Shown in pieces: positions 18,604 through 28,299 of a DNA stretch of 64,000 bases (its first letter is position 1; every line of letters starts with the position of its first letter). The position numbers and the translations under genes are program-made. The stretch is from an uncultured delta proteobacterium (GTDB taxonomy: Bacteria; Myxococcota_A; UBA9160; SMWR01), in NCBI GenBank assembly GCA_963832165.1, contig CAWHTE010000011.1, forward strand, positions 288,001 to 352,000, written 5' to 3'. A model generated the notes under the pieces. The model made no database searches and had not been told where the DNA came from. It was given only the letters and a program-made list of their open reading frames with translations.

Positions 18604-19761
18604 TCAACCGCGATGTCGTCGGCGTCTCCGGTGCGCGGCGGCGAGCAACGCGGCGCCGGCGGCCAGGCCGAGCGGCCCGGGCGGCTCGGGCACCGCCGTG
18701 ATGTTGTCGATGCCGAGCGTCGCCGTGACAGGGATCGGCGTCGGGCCGGGTGTGCTCGGCGCACCATCGTCGTGGCGGATCAGCAGCCGCTCCACGTTCG
18801 CGAGCGACGCTGCGTACGAGTCGGTGCCCAGCACGCGCGTGAGGTCGGCCTCGGCGAGCGAGAAGGTCACGGGAGTCCAGGTATCGTTGGCCGCCAGCGC
18901 GACCGCATTCGTCGAGGTCCACGCCGTGCACGCGGCACCTCCCTGGTCGCATCCGGGCGTGAACAGCACGATCCGGAGGCTGAGCGGATCCGAGCCGGAG
19001 GAGTTCCTCGCGTCGACCTCGATCTGATCGATCTCCTCGGCGAGGTAGTCGCCCGCCCACTGGTCGAGGTTGAAGGTGCCGAGCGGACCCGCGGTCGAGG
19101 TGATGCGCAGAAAGAGGTCGCCCGCGCCCGTCTGCCCGTTCGGTTGATTCGAGGGCGTCGACCCTCCGGCCCAGTTCGCGACGGTGCCACCCTGGAAATC
19201 GTCGATCTGGTCGAGCACGAGCAGCGACGCGTTCACCGGAGCGCTGATGCCGGCGTAGTTGGTCGGCGAGTTCGTGGCCTGCGGGCTGTTGGGCGCGGGC
19301 CCCACACCGCAATCGAGCGAGCCGACCCCGTCCGTCGGAATCGGGACGCTGAAGGTGCAGGTGTCCCAGGTGGAGAAGTCCACCGAGTCGCCGGCAGGGT
19401 TGAAGAAGAATGGAAGCTTGTCGGCAGTGATGATCGCATCGGGCGTCGGCGCTCCCGGCAAGGCCGCGAAGCCCGGCGTCGCGATCAGATAGAACCGGTT
19501 GGCGGTGTTGCCGACCTGAGTCGCCCCGCCGACAACGGTCCAGGAGAAGCTCTTCGCGTTGCTGGTGATCGTGCTATTGCTGACACCGGTTTCGCTGGGA
19601 CCACCGGCAGCCTCCTTCAGCTCGACGAACTGGATCGTGCCATCGGCGTTGCTGAAGACTTCGCTGACGTCCCAGGTATGGATGCCGGCGAACGCGGAAG
19701 ACGAGCTCAGGGCTAATAGAAAATGGACTGCGAGCGGAAGGGTGCGTACGGGCTTTGCCAT
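18604..19761 (-). CDS. PEP-CTERM (exosortase-sorted) surface protein
   Basis: Signal peptide; C-terminal VPEP, hydrophobic helix and RRRRR. Confidence 0.8.
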   Translation of the reverse strand: MAKPVRTLPLAVHFLLALSSSSAFAGIHTWDVSEVFSNADGTIQFVELKEAAGGPSETGVSNSTITSNAKSFSWTVVGGATQVGNTANRFYLIATPGFAALPGAPTPDAIITADKLPFFFNPAGDSVDFSTWDTCTFSVPIPTDGVGSLDCGVGPAPNSPQATNSPTNYAGISAPVNASLLVLDQIDDFQGGTVANWAGGSTPSNQPNGQTGAGDLFLRITSTAGPLGTFNLDQWAGDYLAEEIDQIEVDARNSSGSDPLSLRIVLFTPGCDQGGAACTAWTSTNAVALAANDTWTPVTFSLAEADLTRVLGTDSYAASLANVERLLIRHDDGAPSTPGPTPIPVTATLGIDNITAVPEPPGPLGLAAGAALLAAAHRRRRRHRG

Positions 19762-19835
19762 GATCGGCACTCCTCTTGGCTCCGCGGGTGGAGCGGGGAT
19801 CGTTCGGGCCCGGAACGAGTTGGCATTCTATCAGG

Positions 19836-20708
19836 ATGATCACCTCTGCGAACGCCATCTCGAGGTTGGGGCTGCTCGGGCTCGCGATCGCCCTGGGCTG
19901 CGACCGTGAAACGCGTGATACACCGCTTCCGGCGGCGTCCGCGGGGGTAGCGAACCGGGTGGTCTCTTTGTCCCCGCTCGCGACGCGCTTCGTGGCGAGG
20001 ATCGGCGCCGGGGATCGGCTCGTGGCGGCCGACGCGGACTCGCTGCGCCTGCGGGAGCTGGCGGGGCTCCCCGTCGTCGTCGATCTTGCTGGCGCGCTGC
20101 CTCTCGCACCCGATCTGGTGCTGGTTCCGCAGGCCCCGAGCCCAGGGGACCCGGCCGCCGCGGCGCTGCATCGCCGCGGCGCGCGCGTCGCCGAGTTCGC
20201 TCCGCACGATCTCGAGGACGTGATCGCGCTGGTGCGCGACGTCGGAACGGGGCTCGTCGGTGCGACCGAGGCCGAACGCTTCCAGGCGGCCTTCTCGCGT
20301 CCGCTCGCGAGGATCGGCGGCACCTCGGGCGCACCGACGCGGCCGCGCGTAGTCGCCGTGGTGAGCTTCGATCCGCTCGTGATCGCAGGAGGACACAGCT
20401 TCGAGACCGACCTGATCGAGATCGCGGGCGGGACCAGCGTCACGCACCCGGGTGAGGAGCCGCGCCTGGCGATCGCGGCGGATCGCTGGGCCGGGCTGGC
20501 CCCCGATCTGATCCTCGTGATCGGTGCCCCACCCGCGTCGCAGCGCGACGAGCAGGCACTGCGCAACGCGCTGCCGCCGGGTCCCGAGGTCGCGTTCTTC
20601 TCGTTCGATCCGTCGTTCTGGCTCGACGCCTCCGACGAGCCCGCGCGGAGGCTGCGCGCCGTGATCGAGCCGGTCGCCGCGCGCATGGCGCAGCGCGCAT
20701 CGCACTAG
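19836..20708 (+). CDS. Helical-backbone (BtuF-like) ABC substrate-binding lipoprotein
   Basis: ALGC lipobox, RVVSLSP, LAPDLVL, DLIEIAGG. Confidence 0.7.
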   Translation: MITSANAISRLGLLGLAIALGCDRETRDTPLPAASAGVANRVVSLSPLATRFVARIGAGDRLVAADADSLRLRELAGLPVVVDLAGALPLAPDLVLVPQAPSPGDPAAAALHRRGARVAEFAPHDLEDVIALVRDVGTGLVGATEAERFQAAFSRPLARIGGTSGAPTRPRVVAVVSFDPLVIAGGHSFETDLIEIAGGTSVTHPGEEPRLAIAADRWAGLAPDLILVIGAPPASQRDEQALRNALPPGPEVAFFSFDPSFWLDASDEPARRLRAVIEPVAARMAQRASH

Positions 20709-20714
20709 AACGCC

Positions 20715-22094
20715 CTATGCACTTTCCATCGGTCGGAGCTCCGACAGCATCGTCGGCACGAGCTCGGAGACGGTCGGATGAATGTGCATCGCGCGACGGA
20801 TCACCGTCCAAGGCGCCTTCGCGTACATCACGTCGAGAATCGAGTGGATGACCTCGTCGCCGCCGGTGCCGAGGATCGCGGCACCGAGGATGGCATGGGT
20901 CTCGGCATCGACGGCGATCTTCATGAATCCCTGCGTCTCGCCCTTCTCGACCGCGCGTCCGACGCGCGTCATCGGCCGCTTGGCGACGAGCGCTTTGCGG
21001 CCGCTTTTGCGGATCTCTCCCTCGGTCATCCCGGCACGACCGAGCGGCGGATCGACGTACAGCGCGTACGCAGTGATCCGATCGCTGACTCTGCGTGAAT
21101 CGCTCTCGAGCAAGTTGGCGATGACGATCTCGCCGTCGTTGTACGAAGTATGCGTGAACGCGCCCTTGCCGTTGCAGTCGCCGAGCGCCCAGACACCCGG
21201 GACGCTCGTGCGCAGTTGATCGTCGACCACGATGTAGCCGCGCTCGTCGACGGCGACGCCCGCCTCGTCGAGGCCGAGATCGTCGGTGTTGGGGCGCCGG
21301 CCGACGGCGAGCAGCACGTGCGTACCCTGCACTTTCGGCGCACCGTCGGTGCAGTCGACGTTGGCGGCGATCTCGTCGCCGCGCTTTGCGAAGCTGATGC
21401 ACTTCGCGTTCAACCGGACTTGGACGCCCTCGTGCTCGAGGATCTCCCGGATCGCGGTCGAGACGTCTTCGTCCTCGCGACCGATGAGCCGCGGCCCCAT
21501 CTCGATCACCGTCACCTCGGAGCCGAAGCGGCGAAACATCTGCCCGAATTCGAGACCGATGTAGCTGCCGCCGATGACGATCAGGTGCTTCGGCAGGAAG
21601 TCCACCGACATCATCGAGCTATTCGTGAGGAAATCGATCTCGCCGATGCCGGGCATGTCGGGAACGAACGCGCGGCCGCCGACGTTGATGAAGATCTTTT
21701 CGGCGCTCAGGCGCTCTGCGCCGACGCTCAACTCGTGCGCGGACTCGAAGCGCGCGTGGCCTCGATGGACGGTGCAGTTCTCCATGTGGTCGAGCCAGTC
21801 TTCGACGCCGACCCGCGATTGCTTCGAGACCTCATCCTTCCGTGCCTTCACGCTCTTCATGTCGACGCGCACCGAGCCGACATCGACACCATACTCGGCG
21901 GCGCGAGCAGCCATGCGCGCCGCGTACGCGCTCGCCACCATCGTCTTCGTCGGAATGCAGCCGGTGTTGACGCAGGTTCCGCCGAAGACGTTGCGTTCGA
22001 TGACCGCGACCTTCATGCCGGCACCCGCGAGACGAGACGTCACGTAAGGCCCGGCTTGGCCGGTGCCGATGACGATCGCGTCGTAATGGGTCAC
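20715..22094 (-). CDS. Pyridine nucleotide-disulfide oxidoreductase (mercuric-reductase-like)
   Basis: GTGQAG, GGTCVNTGCIPTK, GGSYIG, HPTVSE; no C-terminal Cys-Cys of true MerA. Confidence 0.9.
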   Translation of the reverse strand: MTHYDAIVIGTGQAGPYVTSRLAGAGMKVAVIERNVFGGTCVNTGCIPTKTMVASAYAARMAARAAEYGVDVGSVRVDMKSVKARKDEVSKQSRVGVEDWLDHMENCTVHRGHARFESAHELSVGAERLSAEKIFINVGGRAFVPDMPGIGEIDFLTNSSMMSVDFLPKHLIVIGGSYIGLEFGQMFRRFGSEVTVIEMGPRLIGREDEDVSTAIREILEHEGVQVRLNAKCISFAKRGDEIAANVDCTDGAPKVQGTHVLLAVGRRPNTDDLGLDEAGVAVDERGYIVVDDQLRTSVPGVWALGDCNGKGAFTHTSYNDGEIVIANLLESDSRRVSDRITAYALYVDPPLGRAGMTEGEIRKSGRKALVAKRPMTRVGRAVEKGETQGFMKIAVDAETHAILGAAILGTGGDEVIHSILDVMYAKAPWTVIRRAMHIHPTVSELVPTMLSELRPMESA

Positions 22095-22744
22095 TCCGGC
22101 AGCTCGTTACCCGACTGTTCCGCCACCATGTACGCGGCGTACCAGTCGGGCCAGTTCTCATCCCTTTGACCGCCGGTCCGGGCCTCGTGCTCGCCGTGGG
22201 CATTCGCCGCGCGCCGAAACGCGCTCGCCAGATCGTTCGCCGACGCGAAGCTCGTCGTCGCGGAGTCGATGCGACCGGCGAGCCGCGACGTCACCTCCTG
22301 GAGCAACCAGCCGTTCCCGTCGGGATCACGGAACGAGGCGAAGGAGCGGTAGCTGCCGTGCTCGGGATCCGGACCGCTGACGCGAACGCGCCCGAATAGA
22401 TAGGGCTCGTCGGATCCAGCGCGCACGCCGGCGCTGTGGAACACCTCGCTCACCGTGACGCCGCGACCGAGCAGTTCTTTGCGCGCGGCCTCGAGGTCGG
22501 AGACGACGAGATAGAGGCCCTGCGCCGAGCCCGGTGCCGCCGCAGTCACGTTCTTGCCGAAGATGACCGAGCACCCCGAGCCGGGCGGCGTGAACTGGAT
22601 CACGCGGAAGTCCTTGCCCTCGTCGAAGTCGGCGTCGAGCCTCCATCCGAGGCGCGCGTAGAACTCCTTCGCGCGGTCGACGTCCGACACGGGAATGACC
22701 ACGATCTCGAACTTCATGTCGTTGCTGCCGTTCGTCCTGCTCAT
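22091..22744 (-). CDS. VOC/glyoxalase family protein
   Basis: IPVSDVDRAKEFY, FRDPDGNGWLLQE. Confidence 0.85.
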   Translation of the reverse strand: MSRTNGSNDMKFEIVVIPVSDVDRAKEFYARLGWRLDADFDEGKDFRVIQFTPPGSGCSVIFGKNVTAAAPGSAQGLYLVVSDLEAARKELLGRGVTVSEVFHSAGVRAGSDEPYLFGRVRVSGPDPEHGSYRSFASFRDPDGNGWLLQEVTSRLAGRIDSATTSFASANDLASAFRRAANAHGEHEARTGGQRDENWPDWYAAYMVAEQSGNELPE

Positions 22745-22822
22745 CGCGACCTCCTCGAGTCGTGAGATCCCTCGATATGTCGATCTGTCGGCAGCGAGCT
22801 GTTGGGCCGAAGGCTTCGCTGA

Positions 22823-23278
22823 TCATCCCTCCGAGAGCTTCTTCTTGCGGTCCATCCAGCCGCGCACCATGTCCTTGAAGTGCGCCGGGTTGTAGATGTC
22901 CTCTTCGTAGGACCACTTCAGATTGCCCGCGTACTTGAGCAGCGTGAAGTTGTAGGCCTGGTGCAGGCTGCCGTCGCCCGGGTCGACCATGCGGTTCCAC
23001 ACCTGCGCGATCACCCAGCCCTTCTCCTCATCGATCGTGTACCACTCGATCGGGAAGTACTTCATCTCGCAGTTGATCGGCGCGGACATCGTCGTGCTGA
23101 TCCAGCGCCGGATCGCCTCGCGTCCGCCCATCGTGCCGTAGAGGTGCTCGATGTACGTGGCGTCTTCGGTGAACTGCTCCGACCATTCGTCCCAGTTGCC
23201 GCTCTTGCCAGCTTCGAGCGCCAGGCGCTGATAGTTCTCGAACGCTTCCTCGAGCTCGGCGCGGCTCCACTTGCTCAT
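22823..23278 (-). CDS. NTF2/SnoaL-like protein
   Basis: FTEDATYIEH...GREAIRRW...EEDIYN. Confidence 0.75.
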   Translation of the reverse strand: MSKWSRAELEEAFENYQRLALEAGKSGNWDEWSEQFTEDATYIEHLYGTMGGREAIRRWISTTMSAPINCEMKYFPIEWYTIDEEKGWVIAQVWNRMVDPGDGSLHQAYNFTLLKYAGNLKWSYEEDIYNPAHFKDMVRGWMDRKKKLSEG

Positions 23279-23342
23279 GGCGGTCGTCCTCACGGTGGGG
23301 GTTGGACCGCCACGATACCACGGCGCGCTGGCGCAGCGGTCC

Positions 23343-24533
23343 TCAGCGACCCGTTGCCGGCGCCGGGACGTCGAGCACGATGGCGGTCGACATGCCGCCG
23401 CCCGCGCACATCGCCGCGACACCGGTGCCGCCGCCGCGGCGCCGCAGCTCGTGTACGAGCGTGATCACCATGCGCGCGCCGGTCATCGCGATCGGATGAC
23501 CGAGGCTGCAGCCGCTCCCGAGCACGTTCACCCTCGCGTCGTCGATGCCGAGCACCTTGCACGTGCCGACACACATCGACGCGAACGCCTCGTTGAGCTC
23601 CCAGAGGTCGATGTCGCTGACCTTGAGCCCGGCCCGCGCCAGTGCCTTCGGGATCGCGACGGTCGGCGCGAGGCCCGTGCGTTCGGGGGCCACGCCTGCC
23701 GACGCCCACGCGCGCACGATCGCGAGCGGCTCGAGCCCGTTGGCTTCCGCGGTCGCGTCGTCGGTGATGACCATCGCCGCGGCACCGTCGTTGAGACCCG
23801 AGGAGTTTCCTGCGGTGATGCTGAAGCCCTCGATCTCGGGATGCATCGGCGGGAGCGCGGCCAGCGCGTCGAGCGTCGTTGCGCGGCGCGGATGCTCGTC
23901 GGTGTCGAACGAGGTGGTCGAGCCGTCCGCGCGCTTCACGTCGATCGGTGCGATCTCCTCCTCGAAGCTGCCGTTGTCGATGCCGGCGACGGCGCGTTGG
24001 TGCGAGCGCGCTGCCCACGCGTCCATCTCCTGGCGCGACACGCCGGCCTCGACCGCGGCGTTCCAGCCCACGGTGATCGACATGTCGAGGTTGGGTGCGG
24101 CGGGTGTGTTGCGGTGGCTCGGCGACATCCAGTCCGCCCACTCCTGCGTGCCGCTCTTGCGCCGCATCGAACGCGGCGACGTCGACATGGAGTGGGTCCC
24201 ACCCGCGATGACGACGCGATCCATGCCGGCGCGAATCGAGCCCGCGGCGGTCGTGACCGCGGTCAGGCCGGCCGCACAGTGTCGATTGACGGCCGCGCCC
24301 GGCACGTGTTCGATGCCCGCCTCGATCGCCACGTAGCGGGCGATGTCGCCGCCGCCGTACAGCGTCTCGGCGATCACGATGTCGTCGACCAACGCGGGAT
24401 CGAGTCCGGACCGCCGCAGCGCGGCGACGACCACGTGTTGGGCCAACGCGAACGCGTCGACGTCGACCAGCGTGCCCTTGAAAGCGCGGCCGATCGGCGT
24501 CCGCGCCGTCGAGACGATCACGGCATCAGGCAT
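23343..24533 (-). CDS. Thiolase (acetyl-CoA C-acyltransferase)
   Basis: ARTPIG, NRHCAAG, ELNEAF, GHPIAMTGAR, CAGGG. Confidence 0.9.
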   Translation of the reverse strand: MPDAVIVSTARTPIGRAFKGTLVDVDAFALAQHVVVAALRRSGLDPALVDDIVIAETLYGGGDIARYVAIEAGIEHVPGAAVNRHCAAGLTAVTTAAGSIRAGMDRVVIAGGTHSMSTSPRSMRRKSGTQEWADWMSPSHRNTPAAPNLDMSITVGWNAAVEAGVSRQEMDAWAARSHQRAVAGIDNGSFEEEIAPIDVKRADGSTTSFDTDEHPRRATTLDALAALPPMHPEIEGFSITAGNSSGLNDGAAAMVITDDATAEANGLEPLAIVRAWASAGVAPERTGLAPTVAIPKALARAGLKVSDIDLWELNEAFASMCVGTCKVLGIDDARVNVLGSGCSLGHPIAMTGARMVITLVHELRRRGGGTGVAAMCAGGGMSTAIVLDVPAPATGR

Positions 24534-24691
24534 GGGTCTCTCTTCTCCTTCGATTCCTTCGTGGTCGACACAATGCGACCGGCACGTTGGCATATCCCGC
24601 GACGTTCGACATGCCCCCAGCTTGTTTCAACCTATGCTCGCGCCGTGCGCCAGCCGGGCTCCCGTCGGAGCCCGCGGCTTGGGGGAGACCA

Positions 24692-25567
24692 GTGCAGGTC
24701 GGTGTCATCGGATTGGGCAACATCGGCGGACCCGTGGCCCGCAACCTCGTCGCGGACGGCCACGACGTGGTCGTGTTCGACGTCGACCACGAGCGCTCCG
24801 CGGCCGTCGCAGGCGCGCGTGCGGTTGCGTCCGTCGCCGACGTCGGCGCGGCCAGCGAGGTGACCGTGCTGTCGTTGCCTACGCCCGCGGTCGTGCGCGC
24901 GGTTGCCGAAGAGTGGGCCACGACCGCGGCACCCGACGCGGTGCTCGTCGACCTGTCGACGAACAGCCCCGACGTGGTGCGCGAGCTCGGCGCGCGCCTC
25001 CGGGCGACCGGCCACCACCTGGTCGAGGCGCCACTCACCGGCGGCGCGATCGGTGCGCAGAAGCGGATGCTGTCGTTCATGGTCGGCGGCGATGACCGCG
25101 CGGTCGCTCACGTGAAGCCCGTGCTCGAACCGCTCGGCCGCGCGTTCGTGCACCTGGGGCCGCTCGGGCTCGGCAACACGATGAAGCTCGTGAACAGCCT
25201 CGTCGCCTTCACCACCACGTGGGTGAGTCTCGAGGGACTCTCGCTCGCGGCCAAGTCGGGCATCCCCGTGCCGCGCGCCGTCGAGGTGTTGCGCACCAAC
25301 GGCGTCGCCAACTTCTACCTCGACCGCATGGTCCAGAACATCGACACCCGCAACGGACCGACCCAGTTCGCGCTCGGCCTCGCCGCCAAGGACGCGGGTC
25401 TCATCGTCGAGACGGGCCGCGCGCTCGGCGTGCCCACGCCCGCCGGTGCCGCCGTGATGCAGGTGCTCGTCGGCGCGATCGCCGCCGGCCTCGGCGATCA
25501 CGACTGGGCCGACCTCGTCGTCGCCGCCGAACGCCAAGGCGACGTCGAGCTCCGCTGGAAGAGCTGA
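24692..25567 (+). CDS. beta-Hydroxyacid dehydrogenase (3-hydroxyisobutyrate dehydrogenase family)
   Basis: GLGNIG, DLST, APLTGG, KLVN, KD motifs. Confidence 0.85.
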   Translation: MQVGVIGLGNIGGPVARNLVADGHDVVVFDVDHERSAAVAGARAVASVADVGAASEVTVLSLPTPAVVRAVAEEWATTAAPDAVLVDLSTNSPDVVRELGARLRATGHHLVEAPLTGGAIGAQKRMLSFMVGGDDRAVAHVKPVLEPLGRAFVHLGPLGLGNTMKLVNSLVAFTTTWVSLEGLSLAAKSGIPVPRAVEVLRTNGVANFYLDRMVQNIDTRNGPTQFALGLAAKDAGLIVETGRALGVPTPAGAAVMQVLVGAIAAGLGDHDWADLVVAAERQGDVELRWKS

Positions 25568-25575
25568 CATTTCTT

Positions 25576-25659
25576 GTAGGGCGGATTAGCGAGCGAAGCG
25601 AGCGTAATCCGCGTGCAGCCGCTCGCGGATTACGGGCCTTCGGCCCTAATCCGCCCTAC
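25576..25659. repeat. Inverted REP doublet (REPIN-like) between convergent genes
   Basis: GTAGGGCGGATTAGCGAGCGAAGCGAGCGTAATCCGCG ... CGCGGATTACGGGCCTTCGGCCCTAATCCGCCCTAC. Confidence 0.9.
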
Positions 25660-25678
25660 GAGAACTGACGAGGGCGTG

Positions 25679-26062
25679 TCAGTCGGGGGTGCCGAGGACG
25701 TCGGCGGCCACGCGGAGCGAAGAGACGGCGGCGGGCACGCCCGCGTAGACGGCAACCTGCATCAGCGCCTCGACCAACTCCTCGCGCGTGAGCCCGACGT
25801 TGAGCGCGCCGGCGAGGTGACCGCGCAGCTCCTCGTGGTGGCCGAGCGCGGCGAGCATCGCGCAGGTGATGAGTGACCGGTCGCGCGTGGGCAGCCCCGG
25901 TCGCGTCCAGATCATCCCGAACGCGGTCTGCTGCACATAGTCGAAGAAGTCGGGCGCGAGCCTGGCCGCCGGGAACTTCCCCGCCGGCGCGTTCCGGAGC
26001 GCGGGCCAGAGCTGACCCTGGATCTCCTTGCCCGCGGCTCGCAGATCGTCGTCGGTCGGCAT
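25679..26062 (-). CDS. Carboxymuconolactone decarboxylase family protein
   Basis: IWTRPGL..RDRSLIT...HLAGALNVG...AVYAGVPAA. Confidence 0.85.
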   Translation of the reverse strand: MPTDDDLRAAGKEIQGQLWPALRNAPAGKFPAARLAPDFFDYVQQTAFGMIWTRPGLPTRDRSLITCAMLAALGHHEELRGHLAGALNVGLTREELVEALMQVAVYAGVPAAVSSLRVAADVLGTPD

Positions 26063-26149
26063 GTGAACGCTCCCTTCGTTGGCTCATTCGTGAGCTCTCG
26101 ATTCACTTCTCGCGCGGACTCTCCGACGATACAGTGTGGAGGGCGCACC

Positions 26150-27226
26150 ATGCTCCGTTTGCGCAGAATCGCGTTTCTCGGGTTGGCAGGCATCGCACTA
26201 GCGACCGAGATCGCTTCCGGCGAACCGCTCCATCCAGCCCGAGTTTCGATCGGGCGCCACCTGACGGTGAAGAGCGCGGGACCGAGCGTATGCCCGGCCC
26301 ACAACGTGTTCTTCCCAGGACAGCCGATTCGGATCCATGGCTCCGGTTTCGACCATGGAGCCGTCGTCACCATCTACTTCGGCGTGGGTGATGCCGATGC
26401 CGATCTAGCGGTTCTAGGGTCGGCGACCGCCGATGCTTCGGGTGCTCTCAATGCGACGGTGACCATCCCAGCCGGACTGTCGACGCCAACGCTTGCAATG
26501 ATGGAGGCGCGCGGCCCGACATCCAGAAAAACGCTCTACCTATCCGCGCTGCTGCCGCTTGCCAGCTCGTCGGGTCCGGATGTGGACTCGGACACCGTGC
26601 CCGACGTCTGTGACGACTGTCGGGAAATTGCGAACGCCGGACAGGAAGACGACGACCATGATGGGATCGGAAACGTCTGCGACGCTTGTCCGCTCGATTC
26701 CGTCAATGACAGCGACGGTGATGGGCAGTGTAGAAACACCGACGTTTGTCCATTCAGCGCGGACAACGACGTCGATGGAGACGGGCGCTGCGGTGATGAA
26801 GACAACTGCCCCAAGGTCGCCAACGCAGACCAGAAGGACTGGGACCAGAATGACATCGGGGATGCGTGCCAGAAGGCCCCGACGTGCTCGGACGGAATCG
26901 ACAACGATCGCGATGGACTGAGCGACCATCCATCCGACCCGGGTTGTTCAGACGCCACTGATGGTTCCGAGACCAATCCCGCTCTGCACTGCGATGACGG
27001 CTTCGATAACGATGAGGATGGATGGACGGACTACCGACGAGGTGGCACGGGAGATCCCGGGTGCGGCTCTGGGGGAGATACCGCTGAAGATCCACAGTGC
27101 GACGACGGTATCGACAATGACGGCGACGGTAAGTTCGATTGGGACGGCGACAACCAAGCGTTTGAGGCCGACCCGGAGTGCCACGGCGCGGGCTCTGCCA
27201 CTTCGGAATCGCCACCGGCCCGTTAG
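26150..27226 (+). CDS. Exported protein with thrombospondin type-3-like Ca-binding repeats
   Basis: Signal peptide; DxDxDGxGDxCD and CxDGxDNDxDG repeats. Confidence 0.75.
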   Translation: MLRLRRIAFLGLAGIALATEIASGEPLHPARVSIGRHLTVKSAGPSVCPAHNVFFPGQPIRIHGSGFDHGAVVTIYFGVGDADADLAVLGSATADASGALNATVTIPAGLSTPTLAMMEARGPTSRKTLYLSALLPLASSSGPDVDSDTVPDVCDDCREIANAGQEDDDHDGIGNVCDACPLDSVNDSDGDGQCRNTDVCPFSADNDVDGDGRCGDEDNCPKVANADQKDWDQNDIGDACQKAPTCSDGIDNDRDGLSDHPSDPGCSDATDGSETNPALHCDDGFDNDEDGWTDYRRGGTGDPGCGSGGDTAEDPQCDDGIDNDGDGKFDWDGDNQAFEADPECHGAGSATSESPPAR

Positions 27227-27273
27227 TTGTCTCCGAGCCGGTCCATCACCGCGCGCACGACCCCGGCCACGCT

Positions 27274-28299
27274 CTACTTGCCAGGACCGTCAGCGATCAG
27301 CGCCAGCGCGGCTGCCGGATCCCGGCGGCATTCGAGCAGTGCGCTCAACATGAGCGGCACGACCATCGTGGCGTCCGACTCGATGACGAACATCGGTGTG
27401 TCGGCCGTCAGCTTGTCCCAGGTGATCTTCTCGTTCGGCGTCGCCCCGGAGTACGAGCCGTACGAGGTGGTGGAGTCGGAAATCTGACAGAAATAGGCCC
27501 AGGGACTGACCGGACGCTCGAGATCGTATTTCACCGACGGCACGACGCAGATCGGGAAGTCACCGGCGATGCCGCCGCCGATCTGGAAGAAACCGACACC
27601 GGCTCCCGCGGAGAGCTGCTCGTACGAATCGTAGAACGCGGCCATCGCCTCGATGCCCGACTTGGCGATCGCGGCGCTGCATTCGCCCATCTTGACGTGC
27701 GCCGCGAAGATGTTGCCGAACGTCGAGTCTTCGTAGCCCGGCACCACTATCGGCAGCTGCGCGCGCGCCGCGGCGAGCAGCCAACATTCCTCGGGTTCAC
27801 CCTGGCACAGGGCCGGCTCGATCATCTGCACCAGCTCGTAGAAGTACTCGTGCCAGAAGCGGCGTTCGCCGGTCGCGTTCGCCTGCTTCCACATCGGCAC
27901 GATGTATTTCTCGACCGCGCGGAAGGCCTCGTCCTCGGGGATCGAAGTGTCGGTCACGCGCCGCATCCGATCATTCAGAATGCGCGTGTCGTCGTCTTTG
28001 GTGAAGTAGCGGTAGTCGGGGAAATCCTTGTAGTGGTCGTGCGCGACGAGTCGAAACAGCGATTCCTCCAGGTTGGCGCCGGTCACCGACAAGCCGTGCA
28101 CCAGCCCGGCGCGAATCGCGGGCGCGAGCGTGATTCCGATCTGCGCCGAAGACATCGCTCCGGCCATCGCCCAGAACATCTTGCCGCCGCTCTCGATGTG
28201 GTCCCAGTATGCGAGCAGCGCATTGCGCAACGCGCGCGCGTTGAAGTTGGTGTAGTTGCGCAGAACAAACTCGAGCATGGGAAGGTTCGTCGTGCTCAA
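27274..28299 (-). CDS. Deoxyhypusine synthase-like protein (probable polyamine synthase)
   Basis: [40 protein letters not shown]; start TTG 28299 or ATG 28278. Confidence 0.85.
   Translation of the reverse strand: MSTTNLPMLEFVLRNYTNFNARALRNALLAYWDHIESGGKMFWAMAGAMSSAQIGITLAPAIRAGLVHGLSVTGANLEESLFRLVAHDHYKDFPDYRYFTKDDDTRILNDRMRRVTDTSIPEDEAFRAVEKYIVPMWKQANATGERRFWHEYFYELVQMIEPALCQGEPEECWLLAAARAQLPIVVPGYEDSTFGNIFAAHVKMGECSAAIAKSGIEAMAAFYDSYEQLSAGAGVGFFQIGGGIAGDFPICVVPSVKYDLERPVSPWAYFCQISDSTTSYGSYSGATPNEKITWDKLTADTPMFVIESDATMVVPLMLSALLECRRDPAAALALIADGPGK

Noticed and set aside
20715..22094. Mercury resistance (merA)
   Set aside because: No C-terminal Cys pair, no NmerA domain and no merRTP neighbours.
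22791..22820. Possible degenerate mini-repeat (GCAGCGAGC...GCCGAAGGC)
   Set aside because: Spacing is broken and the matches are too short to distinguish from chance at this GC content.
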